The position numbers and the translations under genes are program-made. Positions 18,871-30,130 of a stretch of DNA of 64,000 nucleotides are shown here, in pieces. Where the stretch lies: positions 70,854 to 134,853 of the forward strand of contig CBDBFU010000021.1 in the NCBI GenBank assembly GCA_965205025.1, written 5' to 3'. Position 1 is the first letter of the stretch. The number at the start of each line of letters is the position of its first letter. The notes beneath the pieces were generated by a model. It was not told the origin of the DNA. It worked only from the letters and a program-made list of their open reading frames with translations, and made no database searches. Source of the DNA: Candidatus Poribacteria bacterium (GTDB lineage Bacteria; Poribacteria; WGA-4E; WGA-3G).

Positions 18871-20910
18871 TTATTTTGATATTGTAAAATGACCTAAGTA
18901 AGGTTTCATATCCCATAGTAGGATAGTGCCATCATAACTACCACTTGCTAAGATAGTGCTATCAGGTGAAAACGCAAGACATTGAATATCTGTCGGGTGT
19001 CCCAGAAAAGTTGCTATGTTTTCACCGGTACGAATGTCGAACAACTGAATAGGAACTTTCTCTAAACCTTTTTTCCAATTTTCACCATAAGCTAAATAAT
19101 GACCACAATACGAAAACTCCACCGTTGCCACCGAAGGATTCTCTCCATAAAGATCTGCGATAGATATTAGTCGCATTGCCACGCGTGCATCACACTGCTC
19201 AATATCCCATGCAAGTATATTCTCACCAGAAAATACAGTAATTAGATTTCCACAAGGGGAAAACACTTCGGGAATAAAACCAGTGAGCTCTTTACAGATC
19301 TCTTCACCGGACATCATATCCCACACCCTATTTGTCCAGTCATCACATTTGCTGATAAGGCGTGTACCATCCGGACTGAATCTCACGTAATTGATAGAGT
19401 TCGTATGTTTACCTCTTAATATGTGTTGCATCTGTCCACTTGCGACATCCCATACATACACTGCCCCGTTTTCGGGGTCGTTTTCATCACAGCCATCATC
19501 CCTCTTTTCCGTTCCGTTCCCACAGGCAAGCAGATTCGTGGCGGGGGCGTATGCCATCGCACGTCGATTAGGTAATGCTTCAGGGATCGTGAGTTCGGCT
19601 ATCGGTTCACTTTTTCCGATTTCCCACAGATTCAAGGTGTTGCCCCAATAGTCAGATTCTCCTGGAGGAAACCCGGTTGCATAAAATTTACCAGTTGAGG
19701 TGTCCGAATAAACAGCTACGATATGACAACGCGGCTCAGTAACGACATGTTGTGGACGATGGGTTGCAACATCCCATAGCATGACACCGCCAAATTGCCT
19801 GTACCCCGCACAGAGAGTCTTTCCATCAGGTGAAAATACGAGAGAATGCAGATCGCCAAGTTCCCACGGTAGTATAGAAAGCGGCTCTGTATTTCCCACT
19901 GTCTTAGCTTGGACTTCAAAATCACTTTGGTAGGCAAGATGTGTACCGTTAGAAAAGTGAATAGGATAAATTTCTGCGTCACAGTAATTTTTTTCATGAA
20001 AAGTATATAACGCCTTTTGCTGTACGACATCCCACACAGTGATTGTGCATTGATCGTGAGAGATACCTGCTGCCCGAAGGGTGCCATCGGGTGCGTAGGA
20101 GATGTCCATCCAATCGTCATCGGGCGATGGATACGTTTGTTGCAGCTGCCAAGTGGCAGTCTCCCATACTTGCACAGTCCCCTTCACCCCACCCGAAGCA
20201 AGGAACTGACCGCACTGTGAAAAACTGAGCGAGTGCACACCTTCGGGATGTCCTGTGAGGCGGATGATGCGTTCACGGGTCGTTATATCCCAGACGCTGA
20301 TAAAATCAGACCAATGTGACGACGCAAAGAGGCGATTGTCCGGTGAAAACACCAAGGCGCCGCTAAAATCCCAAAAGAATCCATTGTCAGGCCAGTCATC
20401 TATGCGACATAACTCAATTTCATCGGATGGCAATTCCAGCGATGTATGTAATCTACCGGTTAACGACTCATAGATGTCAACGATAACGCTTCCATCTCGA
20501 CCCACTGCCAACCATTGCCCGGATGGAGAAAAACATAGACTACAAATTCCACTTAAATAATTTTGAGATGGATCATCCCTGAGTCTTGCTGGATATGTCA
20601 TGACAGCGATACATTTCTGTCTTTGCATATCCCATATCTTAATAACCTCATTCCTATCTTTGTCCGTGTTTTTTAATGCTAACCAGGGTTTTCCTGAACA
20701 AAGGTCAATGCAGCGGACCATACCTCGTTGCGTTTCAAACAACGTAACGGACTGGTGTGTAGTAAGATCATACCACCACACACCTATCCCAGTACCAGTT
20801 GCCAAGAACGTTCCATCTGCGGAAACTGCTAAATCGCATAAGGCACCCGACCCATAACGAGCAATTGCACCTTGTGGCAATTCCCAAGTAGTGAATTCAC
20901 TTTTATTCAT
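18871..20910 (-). CDS. Cytoplasmic WD40-repeat protein
   Basis: N-terminal TTWELPQGAIARYG; multiple GH...SLSFS..G..LASG...V.VW repeats; ends GHPTDIQCLAFSPDSTILASGSYDGTILLWD; start at 20910 or 20946. Confidence 0.9.
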   Translation of the reverse strand: MNKSEFTTWELPQGAIARYGSGALCDLAVSADGTFLATGTGIGVWWYDLTTHQSVTLFETQRGMVRCIDLCSGKPWLALKNTDKDRNEVIKIWDMQRQKCIAVMTYPARLRDDPSQNYLSGICSLCFSPSGQWLAVGRDGSVIVDIYESLTGRLHTSLELPSDEIELCRIDDWPDNGFFWDFSGALVFSPDNRLFASSHWSDFISVWDITTRERIIRLTGHPEGVHSLSFSQCGQFLASGGVKGTVQVWETATWQLQQTYPSPDDDWMDISYAPDGTLRAAGISHDQCTITVWDVVQQKALYTFHEKNYCDAEIYPIHFSNGTHLAYQSDFEVQAKTVGNTEPLSILPWELGDLHSLVFSPDGKTLCAGYRQFGGVMLWDVATHRPQHVVTEPRCHIVAVYSDTSTGKFYATGFPPGESDYWGNTLNLWEIGKSEPIAELTIPEALPNRRAMAYAPATNLLACGNGTEKRDDGCDENDPENGAVYVWDVASGQMQHILRGKHTNSINYVRFSPDGTRLISKCDDWTNRVWDMMSGEEICKELTGFIPEVFSPCGNLITVFSGENILAWDIEQCDARVAMRLISIADLYGENPSVATVEFSYCGHYLAYGENWKKGLEKVPIQLFDIRTGENIATFLGHPTDIQCLAFSPDSTILASGSYDGTILLWDMKPYLGHFTISK

Positions 20911-20992
20911 AATTAAACCCATCGAAAGCGAAAACAAATCCGACATCTAACAGATGTAAATTTCAGATCATCTAAGTTGGAATTCATGCTAT

Positions 20993-21760
20993 TTAAACTA
21001 AACTACCACGAAGGAGTAAATTATCTTTCATCACTACACCTTCACGATTTTTTGTTCCGGTAGGCATATAATGAATTGCGAGGGCACGCCTGTCTCGAGA
21101 TGAATGGTTACGATTTGTTTGGTGAAGTGTCATACAATGATGTACCATTACATGTCCTGCACGGACTGGAACTGCTACAGAACGATCTACATCTGCATCC
21201 ACTTGTAATAGAGCGGGTAATTTGCCTTTTTCTGATTCAGCACGTCCGTGTGAAGATAAACCTTCTAAATAACTCCCTGGTATAACATTCATACACCCAT
21301 TTTCTTCATCGGCATCATCAAGTGCTAACCAAATACTAACAAGATCTGGTGGTTGGCACTGCCAATATGCATTATCCTGATGCCAAAACACCTCTCCACC
21401 ATGATAAGCGGGTTTGTAGAGTGCCTGGTCATGAAATAATTGGATATTTTCTCCAATCAGGCTTTCCACAATATCTAACATTGACTTGTGATATAGTAGT
21501 TTTTTATACTCATCATCAATTCGCCACATCTCCATGATTTGAAGCATCTCATCGGTAGATTCTCCGTCATCATGGTTTTCTGAATCTTCAACGATTGCCA
21601 GGTTACGCATCCCTTCACCCTCAGTATTACGTCTTTTTGTGAATTGTTCATCGTAATGATTACGTAATACATTTAGGTGATTGTCATCAATGACCTGTTC
21701 ATCAATTTTTAGATAACCCGTTTGTTTAAATTGTTCTATCTGATGAGATGATAATTTCAT
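20993..21760 (-). CDS. PhyH-family dioxygenase
   Basis: WHQDNAYW, SIWLALDDA..ENGCM.VIPGS, TLH....N.S...RRA. Confidence 0.92.
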   Translation of the reverse strand: MKLSSHQIEQFKQTGYLKIDEQVIDDNHLNVLRNHYDEQFTKRRNTEGEGMRNLAIVEDSENHDDGESTDEMLQIMEMWRIDDEYKKLLYHKSMLDIVESLIGENIQLFHDQALYKPAYHGGEVFWHQDNAYWQCQPPDLVSIWLALDDADEENGCMNVIPGSYLEGLSSHGRAESEKGKLPALLQVDADVDRSVAVPVRAGHVMVHHCMTLHQTNRNHSSRDRRALAIHYMPTGTKNREGVVMKDNLLLRGSLV

Positions 21761-21808
21761 TAATCACTCCTTAAAAATATAGTCACACGATCTTATTAGG
21801 GTTTTTAA

Positions 21809-24142
21809 TTAATCCACAGTTGATTCATCAAGAATCTTTTGATATGTTTCTCTTGCTACATCATAGGCTTTTTGGGCTGCATCACGTTCCTCTTCTCGAA
21901 TACCGTTAACCTTTTGATTCCAACATACATCCACTGCGTCCAAACACCATATTGCACTTTTTCGACTTGCACGTATAGGTTTCTCATCTACAATTACAAA
22001 AACTGGGTTTGTATGTGACGATGGAAAAACACGTAATGCTACCCAACTGGATTGACTAATTTCAACATTAAATTCAACTGGAACAATGTTACCGTCTGCT
22101 CTTACTTCTTGTCGACCTTCTACCTTTCCATTGACAATTAATTCAATTGGAACCGTCTGCGTATCATCAATTCTTGCACGTTCTATATCCCAATATGGTT
22201 GATGATCTAAAGGTCTATTCTTTATTTCATGATTAGGTGTTTCCGGTAATAATCCAGCAAAATTTGTCGTGATTTTTACAGTATCTGGTTTTTCTAAATC
22301 CAACTGGCTAATTTCACCATTCCCTACTTTTTCACCTACAGGAACTCCACCAACAGTAAAATCAAGTAAATGTGTTTTTCCATCTCCAACATAAGAACGT
22401 CCATCGCGTAAACCTTCTACCCAAGTGTCAAAATCAAGTGGACCATCATCCATTTTTACATATATCCGTCCAAGTCCTACGCGTTCTCCATAAATACATG
22501 GAAAATCTGTTTCACCACTAATCCGTGTCCGAAAACCACAGTTAAGCGTGTGATACCAAATATTAAGTTCCCATACAGCAGGTGTATCAACAGTGGAGAT
22601 AAAATCAACTGCATCATAGACAACATCTACGATATATTCATTCGCGCCGATACCATCAAATGGAGGCATATCGTAATTTGGCAGTTGATCACCTTCAACA
22701 GATAATCCCCAGCCACTATGACTAAAACCTGTAACTGCTCCTTGCTCTTTTGCCCATTGTAGCACGGGTAGATCCCAACTTGGCCAGTCTTCAATTCGTT
22801 CTACCCCATTATAGTCATCTTCAGTAAGTCCTAATAATGACAGATGTCCAGCGTGTGAAGATGGAAAACCTGATACCTCTACATCATAACGCATCACATA
22901 GTCATCTGTAGAAAGTTCATGAACCTTACCATCAAAGAACTGTTTTTGAAAATACCAACACGGTCCCCATGAGAGGACACAACCCACATTTAGATCTTCA
23001 CCGAGAATATGTCGCATCATATCTTCAGGTGTAACACCTTCGGTTGGACTTTCATAATGTGAACACCCGGCAGCATGAACATGGTGATCACCTGATCTCC
23101 AACCTTCTGCTGCAATATGTATCCATCTCTCCAATTTAAAGTTCACTTCGTGTTTTTCAGTATTTGGTACAGTTATTGCTTTTGATTTTATCAAATACTC
23201 AGGACCGCGCGTATACCAGATTGTATAGTCCCCTGGTGGAAGAAGTACAGACTCCCCATCATGTCTGTATATCTGATTATGAAAGAAGAAATCAGGGGCT
23301 AACCGTCGTCCCCGCATCGGATATACTCTATTGGATGTATCTCGAATTGTAAATGAACCTGTTGTAGGTTTTCCATCAAAGTCTAATACTTTAAATGTCA
23401 CCTCAACTGCGGGTAAACAATCAAATAGTATAGGAACTTCACTTCTAAAACCGATATCTTGTGTTCCTTGACCGACATTAAAACCGAGGGTTACCTCTCT
23501 TTTTCCTGAATCTCGACTGAAGAGTTGAATAATTCTATACTCTAAGTCCAAACCAGATAAACCCTCTTTTAAAGGTGGTTTTGAGAACATCTGCATTTCC
23601 AGAAACCTATGGGGTATGTCACTCTGTTTAATGGTATCTTCCGGCTCAGCACTTCCTGTTGAACGTTTATAAAGGGGTTCAGCATTTTTGCTTTCTGGTA
23701 CAAGTGGAGCAGTTACCCCCGCCTCATTATGTACTTTAACCAAGAAAATACGCCACCCACTCTGCATCAATTCTTTCTTAGCATTTCCTTCTGTTACCTT
23801 TACACGGCTCTCTGGATTTATATGGACTTTAGCTATACAGTATCCATCAAGAATTCTTTGTATATCTATTATTGCCTGATTGTGATTCTCTGAGACAAAA
23901 GCGGAATTAATTCTTGTTAGATCCGCTTCAGCAAGAGGTGTTCCGAGATAGTCTAATGCTTCAATAAGTCTTTCAGTAGCAGATACAAATGGTTGATACT
24001 CAACATTAGTCACTAAATCATGTTGGTCTGAATAACTTGGTATAATTGACAGAGATAATAAGACCAAAACAGATAGAAGTGATGTAAGAATATTATTGCT
24101 GAATGACTTATAGATTCTCCGATTGAATAATTCTCCTCTCAT
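21809..24142 (-). CDS. Secreted CehA/McbA-family (PHP-like) metallohydrolase
   Basis: Signal peptide; RGPEY, GW.SGDHHVHAAGC, SH.GH, SHSGWG, WYHTLNCG, SGETDFP, HTNP. Confidence 0.85.
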   Translation of the reverse strand: MRGELFNRRIYKSFSNNILTSLLSVLVLLSLSIIPSYSDQHDLVTNVEYQPFVSATERLIEALDYLGTPLAEADLTRINSAFVSENHNQAIIDIQRILDGYCIAKVHINPESRVKVTEGNAKKELMQSGWRIFLVKVHNEAGVTAPLVPESKNAEPLYKRSTGSAEPEDTIKQSDIPHRFLEMQMFSKPPLKEGLSGLDLEYRIIQLFSRDSGKREVTLGFNVGQGTQDIGFRSEVPILFDCLPAVEVTFKVLDFDGKPTTGSFTIRDTSNRVYPMRGRRLAPDFFFHNQIYRHDGESVLLPPGDYTIWYTRGPEYLIKSKAITVPNTEKHEVNFKLERWIHIAAEGWRSGDHHVHAAGCSHYESPTEGVTPEDMMRHILGEDLNVGCVLSWGPCWYFQKQFFDGKVHELSTDDYVMRYDVEVSGFPSSHAGHLSLLGLTEDDYNGVERIEDWPSWDLPVLQWAKEQGAVTGFSHSGWGLSVEGDQLPNYDMPPFDGIGANEYIVDVVYDAVDFISTVDTPAVWELNIWYHTLNCGFRTRISGETDFPCIYGERVGLGRIYVKMDDGPLDFDTWVEGLRDGRSYVGDGKTHLLDFTVGGVPVGEKVGNGEISQLDLEKPDTVKITTNFAGLLPETPNHEIKNRPLDHQPYWDIERARIDDTQTVPIELIVNGKVEGRQEVRADGNIVPVEFNVEISQSSWVALRVFPSSHTNPVFVIVDEKPIRASRKSAIWCLDAVDVCWNQKVNGIREEERDAAQKAYDVARETYQKILDESTVD

Positions 24143-24175
24143 AATTCCTCCATATGTGTAGTTTTCTATAAATTA

Positions 24176-24395
24176 CGACTTGTGCCAGTTACGAATTGTT
24201 TTTGTTGTTTTCACGGATTTAGGATATTATACTATAGACATTTCGTCCCTACGGGACTCAAGAGCGTTTGTTCGGCGTTTTCTATAGACATTTCGTCCCT
24301 ACGGGACTCAAGAGCGTCTCAAATAATGAAGAATATCCATACAAGCTGCATTTACGTAATACAATTGATTACTAAATGTTACTTATCATAACTCG
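24176..24395. mobile_element. ~220-bp MITE-like element, copy 2
   Basis: Aligns end to end with 14558-14779; two ACATTTCGTCCCTACGGGACTCAAGAG hairpins. Confidence 0.75.
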
Positions 24396-24411
24396 CTATG
24401 TTAATATCTGA

Positions 24412-25370
24412 TTATTTGACTTTACTTGATTGATTACGCGTAAGGGATGTATATCGAATACATTCCAATTCTTCACTACTAAAAACACCAGCTTGATAAA
24501 GGTTCCGATATTCATCAGAGACACTCTGATCAAATATCATCAGATCATCTGTATTGATTGTGACAGGTACACCATTGTCATACAATACACGTATCGGGTG
24601 AACTTCCATTTTTGATACACCATCCAACATGACATTGCTAGTAGGGCAAACATTCAATTGTATATTGTTCTCAGATAACCATTTCATGACTTCAACAGAT
24701 TCTTTGGCAGCTATACCGTGTTGTACATCGTCCAAATTCAAAAGCTCAACAGTTCTACGAATTTCTTCTGCATCCTTAAACTCACCTACATGTGCCTTTA
24801 GCTTTAATCCGGCATTTTTGTGCTTCGGTATATAAAGACTTGGCATCTTCAGGAGCACATGCATCTTGATGACTATACAAATCAATGGACTTAAATATAT
24901 CTAATTCAATCGCTTCATGTGCAAATTTCATCCATTGTGAGTCCTTAACACATTCCCGTGCAATTACCGAGTTCAGGACGTAATTCAATCTGTCCTTGAT
25001 ATAAATTGACTAACGATTCAATAAATGTGTGTAGATCGTCTAAACCATCCTGATAGAACTTAACCAATCGGATGTCGAAACTCATCTCAAGAATTACCAC
25101 ACCGTCTTGAACTGCATCTTCAATCGCAGACACTGCTACGAATTCAAAACCTTCACGATGTTCTAAATGAGGGGCTAATACTCCGTTCATGTAGTCCATC
25201 ATCCCCTCAAGACCATTCATTTTAAGGGGTGGTTGTTCCAATGTCTTACCTATCCTATGTTCTACATTATTTCTTCTCGTACTTAGGAATGCATGACAAT
25301 GAACATCTGTCTTTGGTATAGACTTTAATTCCTCCAGATTATCTGATTCTAATGCTTGAATGATAGACAT
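24412..25370 (-). CDS. Adenosine deaminase-family amidohydrolase, split by two +1 frameshifts (~24968, ~24816)
   Basis: PKTDVHCH, KAHVGE, VQHG, NVCPTSN, VTINTDD spread over three overlapping ORFs. Confidence 0.8.
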
Positions 25371-25722
25371 ATTACGACATACAACTATGTGAAGATGAAA
25401 TGGAATATTTTATTGAAGATGTATAGTATAATCAAACAAAACCATCATAAATTGAATTCAAAAGCTTCGAACTGGTATATGGTATGAAAATTATTTCATT
25501 AGAGTATACAACATTCAGCAATATTGACAGAATTATATCAAGGATATAGGTTTTATACAATGAAATAGGATACATTCATATATACACATTCTAAATGGTT
25601 GAAATCATCAGTTCATCAGATGAATCATATTGACTGAGGTATATGTAATGGGTATAATGGTTTTGATTTTCTATGGTGGGAATTATTTTGATTTATCTAC
25701 TGAATCTTGAATCAAAACTATA

Positions 25723-25920
25723 TCAATACACATTTCGCCCCTCTGGGGCTTGACCTTTGGGATGTATGACGTTTCTACACACATTTCGCCCCTCTGGGGC
25801 TACCGTTTGATGCATCTAAGTTTGTTTTTCTCAGAATTGGATTGACGTAAGAAACGAGGCTAAAACCAGAAACCCTTTGAAAAAAGGTGAAACACCTCTC
25901 AGAAATTGTCCAAACTATAG
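25723..25920. repeat. REP-like hairpin pair plus TGTCCAAACTATAG end
   Basis: ACACATTTCGCCCCTCTGGGGCT twice; homologous to 15186-15290. Confidence 0.7.
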
Positions 25921-25991
25921 TACTGGTACATAAGTATTTTAATTCATGACTGACTTATAAAAAGAAAAGTAGACATTAAAACGAGTGGAAT

Positions 25992-27390
25992 ATGTCTATA
26001 AAAGTCCTAATAAATTCTCCTAAATTTTAAAATTACCTTACTCTGGTGTGTGTCTATTATAATTCTATTTTTTGGATTTTTCTCAAATTCATGGAAGGTT
26101 GCAGATCAGCAATGGTTTAAGACACATCAGAAAGATACCGAAAGTCATGTCATGGGTCGGATGGTAAAATCTCGCCAGGATGGCATTTTCTCTGCTGGTG
26201 GATTGAATGGCTGGGGAACTGCGAAAAAAGTCGATCAAGAATGGATACCATCAACTGCCAGAGGTCCTCAGTATAATGCCTATCTATACAATTACTCTTT
26301 TGAAAACTATTCAACATATAATTCTCAACCTGGTGGTCAAGGGATGATTTTCAGTTTGCTTGACAAACTGATTCCAATGTCCTCAATTGCTAAGTTCTGG
26401 TTGTTTTACATCTTGACATCACTACTAACTGCAATTGCATTGACATTAATTATCGTATGGTCTTATAAGGAGTTTGGCGGTTTAGCAGCGATATTCGTAT
26501 TAGGTTCAGCAGTTTTTATCTCACTGGTTGACTGTCTTCGGTAGAAATCTTTGGTGGAGTACGTGGGCATTCTACCTACCCATGATAGCGGTTTTGTATT
26601 TTCTTAAACGTCACAAAGATTCTACGAATAGACATTTTATCTGGTTTAGTGTATTAATTTTCATCTCTGTATCCATTAAGTGTTTCATTAATGGATATGA
26701 ATATATGACAACAACCTTGGTTATGATGGTTGTACCTTTCGTATATTATGGAATGGTTGACAGATGGAACAAGAATCAATGGTTGAAATACTCCATTGGT
26801 ACCAGTGTCGGTTCTGGATTAGCAATTTTTCTAAGTCTCATGATGCTATGTATTCAGATTGGTGCAGTGAAAGGTGGCTTCATGGATGGAATTGATCATG
26901 TGTTTTATTCTATTGGTAAAAGAACACATGGTGAAGCAGAGAATTTTCCAGAAGTCTATGCGGCAAGTTTAAATGCAGGCACGTTAGGTGTTGTAATAAC
27001 TTATATCAATGGAATATTCTTTGACTTTAATAACTATATCAAGATGAATGACTCATTTATTTCAAAGTATATCTTCAAAATCCGCTATAGTTATCTAATA
27101 GTTTTGTTTATTATTATGTCAATCGTAGCTTATCTACGAACTAACCAGATGACAGAAACAACCCAAAAACGTAGTATAGCATTAATTGCAGCGACTTGGT
27201 TTTCATTCTTAGCCCCTTTATCTTGGTTTGTCATCTTTTAAATGGACATTCATATATACATACCCACATGAGTTATTTATTGTGGCAAATTGCCATTTAC
27301 ACTTTTCGGTTTTTGCAGTAATCGGATTTGGTGTCACTCTTTTGATGAAACAACAAGACGCAAATACGAATTACTTGGAGGATGTATGAA
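25992..27390 (+). CDS. Multi-pass membrane protein (possibly GT-C-fold-like), several frameshifts
   Basis: Hydrophobic segments continuous across ORFs 26050-26544 and 26528-27241 and beyond (GYEY, SW.VIFK.HSYIH.H); start and end approximate. Confidence 0.6.
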
Positions 27391-29205
27391 CAATAATCGT
27401 TTGGAACGTTGGATTGGAAACAGTACATTTAGTTCTGATGAAAACGAGAACAACCGTTTCTTGAAGGCTGCCAGTCTCTTCGCAGAAACCGCCATAAATT
27501 ATGGGAGAGATAGATATAGTGGTAAAGACATGCCCTTGTTCGTGGATTGTCTTGATACAGATCATTTAACATCCCCTCGATCAATGACTTCCTACAAATC
27601 TGGAACGGAACCGAAACCGACTGTTTGGTGTTTCTTTCAAAATCAGCAGAATTTAATCCGACTCCTTACTTCATTAAGTCAATTCACTGGGGATGCAAAA
27701 TATTGTGAGTGCGGCAGGTGAAGCTGCAGATTATATGTTCAACCATTATTGGTATCCTGAAAGTGGTGTCCTGCATTGGGGTGGACATGGTTATATTGAT
27801 CTGGTAACAGGTAATAGGTATGGAATGAAAGGGGTTGTACATGAAATAGAGGATGTGTACCCCTATTGGGAATTCCTAAGTGCTGTGGATTCAGATCGAT
27901 GTGAAATGTTAATCAAAGGAATATGGGAAGCAAATATAAAGGATTGGGATGCTTTACACTATAACCGACATGGTGATTTTCATAAGAATGTTGATCATGA
28001 TAATACATGGAACAGACCTTGGAGTGGTTATAAACAACCTGTAATCACTGGAGATCTTTCATTTATAAGTGTAGCATTGGATATGGCTTATGCTGCATAC
28101 AGTCTTGGATACCAAAAACATGAGGAAGCACCACGTATATGGGCAGAACGTTTATTAAACTTAATTATTCAGCAACGTGATCCAGACACTGGTATTCTAC
28201 CATTCTTGGTACATCCACAAAGTTCTAAACGCGGTTTAAATATCTTTGGTAAAAAATATCCTCAAGCAACTGAACCGAGACTTTATGTAGGAAATCTTCT
28301 AAACCATGCCATTACACAGATGATGGGAAATGTTAACAATCGTGGAGAATGCAGAGAAAAATGGTCGTGTTGGTGAAATGGCACATATTAAAGAGGCGTT
28401 TGAACAACATATTATCGGCTTTTTGGATGCATCTTATGATATAGAAAACAACACATTAAAGAGTATCATAATTGATGGAACAGATTTGACAAATCATCGG
28501 ATAGAAGGTCCCATTCAGAGACGCAAAGTTATACTTTGGGGGCAAAGGAAGGTGGGGCATTTCTACCTCAAAACATTACCCCTCTCTTTACCTCTGTCTG
28601 TGCTCGTGGATATCGTGTATCTGGTGGTAGAAATGAATTCAGAGATTACCTTCGAACTATGTTCATACACTTTGATATTGGAGATATTGGAATTGACATA
28701 AGCTTAGACCCAAATTTAAACCTCGAAACTACTGCATTGGAACCTGCCTATATTTTCGCTTTAGTTGATCTATATCGTGTTGATCCAAAACCAGAATTCT
28801 TGGCAATGGCAGAGAAAATTGGTGATAACTTGCTACAAGGAAGGCAACATTCTGATAGTGGTCTATTTACACTTGAAGACGATTACGTTTTCCATAGTCG
28901 GGTAATGGATAAACCTGAACTTCAGGAGGGTCATGAAGGAAAAACTGTGTCTGAAACTCCTGCAGGATAACCATAAGACTGCTAACCTTGATGTTATGGA
29001 ACCGTTAGCATTACTTAGTATATATGCCGCACAGACTGGACAGTATAATATGATTCCTGATTGGACGGCAGGAGGATTATACCTAAAAGTGAGTAGTGTT
29101 GGACATATTGTGAGTAAAGCAATGCAACTATGGTTTGATAAACCGGCATTAAAACAGTTTTATATAGACTCCAATATAAATTGTACATGGTCTATTGATG
29201 ATTGA
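27386..29205 (+). CDS. Polysaccharide lyase family 2-like (PelW-like) alpha/alpha-barrel protein, about 4 frameshifts
   Basis: GGAGG RBS and ATG 27386; GRD.Y.....PLFVD, NQQNL.R.L..LS..TGD.KY, LHWGGH, HE......P.WE, I.DW..L..NRHG resemble PL2 enzymes. Confidence 0.6.
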
Positions 29206-29248
29206 ATTATTAGACCAATCTAAAGGTATCTGAGAAAGGAGAATTATA

Positions 29249-30052
29249 ATGGCAAAAGCTCTCTCACTTGTTGCATATACAGACTTAGAGGATCAAGTTG
29301 AAGCATTGGAACGGGATGGTTATGTATATTTCCCAAATGTTCTTGATGCCGATGAAATTGCGGAATTACGTGCCACCATGGATAGATTAGATACTATTCC
29401 TGAATGTTATGATCGCTACCAAACACCCGATAATGGTGGATCATTTCTCAATAAAATCATCAATAACTCGTTTAATCGCGATCCTATATATCTCGAATTT
29501 CTTGACAAATCACCTATTATTGAAGTAGCTGAAGCGACTCATGGTGGGGATTGTCATTGCATTGGTATGCAGTCCTGGTTAACAGGTCCAGGAAGACCGG
29601 ATCAAGGATTACATACAGATTATCTACCGATCTCTCTCCCGGCAGAAATTCGTCAAGATCCACGGGTAAAAGTTCCCATTTTCATTACGACTGCACATTA
29701 CTATCTTAATGATATGTATGAAGAATTAGGACCAACAAAGTTCGTTCCAGGAAGCCATTATTCTGGATGTTCACCAAACGGAGCAACAGAGTGGAATAAT
29801 CGAACTGAAGAGAGTATTATATGTAATGCTGGGGATGTTGTCCTTTTCCGAAGTGAGGTATGGCATCGTGGGTCTGCTAATTCTTCAGATGAAACACGTT
29901 ACCTATTACAAGTACATTATGCAAAAAGGATGATTACGCAGAAATACCCACCCTATTTGAATAAATTTCAATTTGATGAATCAATCCTTGACCAAGCCAA
30001 CCCACGTCAAAAACGACTCCTTGGTGACCACGGACCAAGTAATTATGATTGA
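29249..30052 (+). CDS. PhyH-family dioxygenase
   Basis: RDGYVYF, LHTD, GPTKFVPGSH, AGDVVLFRSEVWHRG. Confidence 0.9.
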   Translation: MAKALSLVAYTDLEDQVEALERDGYVYFPNVLDADEIAELRATMDRLDTIPECYDRYQTPDNGGSFLNKIINNSFNRDPIYLEFLDKSPIIEVAEATHGGDCHCIGMQSWLTGPGRPDQGLHTDYLPISLPAEIRQDPRVKVPIFITTAHYYLNDMYEELGPTKFVPGSHYSGCSPNGATEWNNRTEESIICNAGDVVLFRSEVWHRGSANSSDETRYLLQVHYAKRMITQKYPPYLNKFQFDESILDQANPRQKRLLGDHGPSNYD

Positions 30053-30130
30053 TGTAATAACTCACTAATGATATATTTGCTTTATCCTCAAATAGAATTC
30101 ATAACCATATATTTCTTATAGGAGACACAA

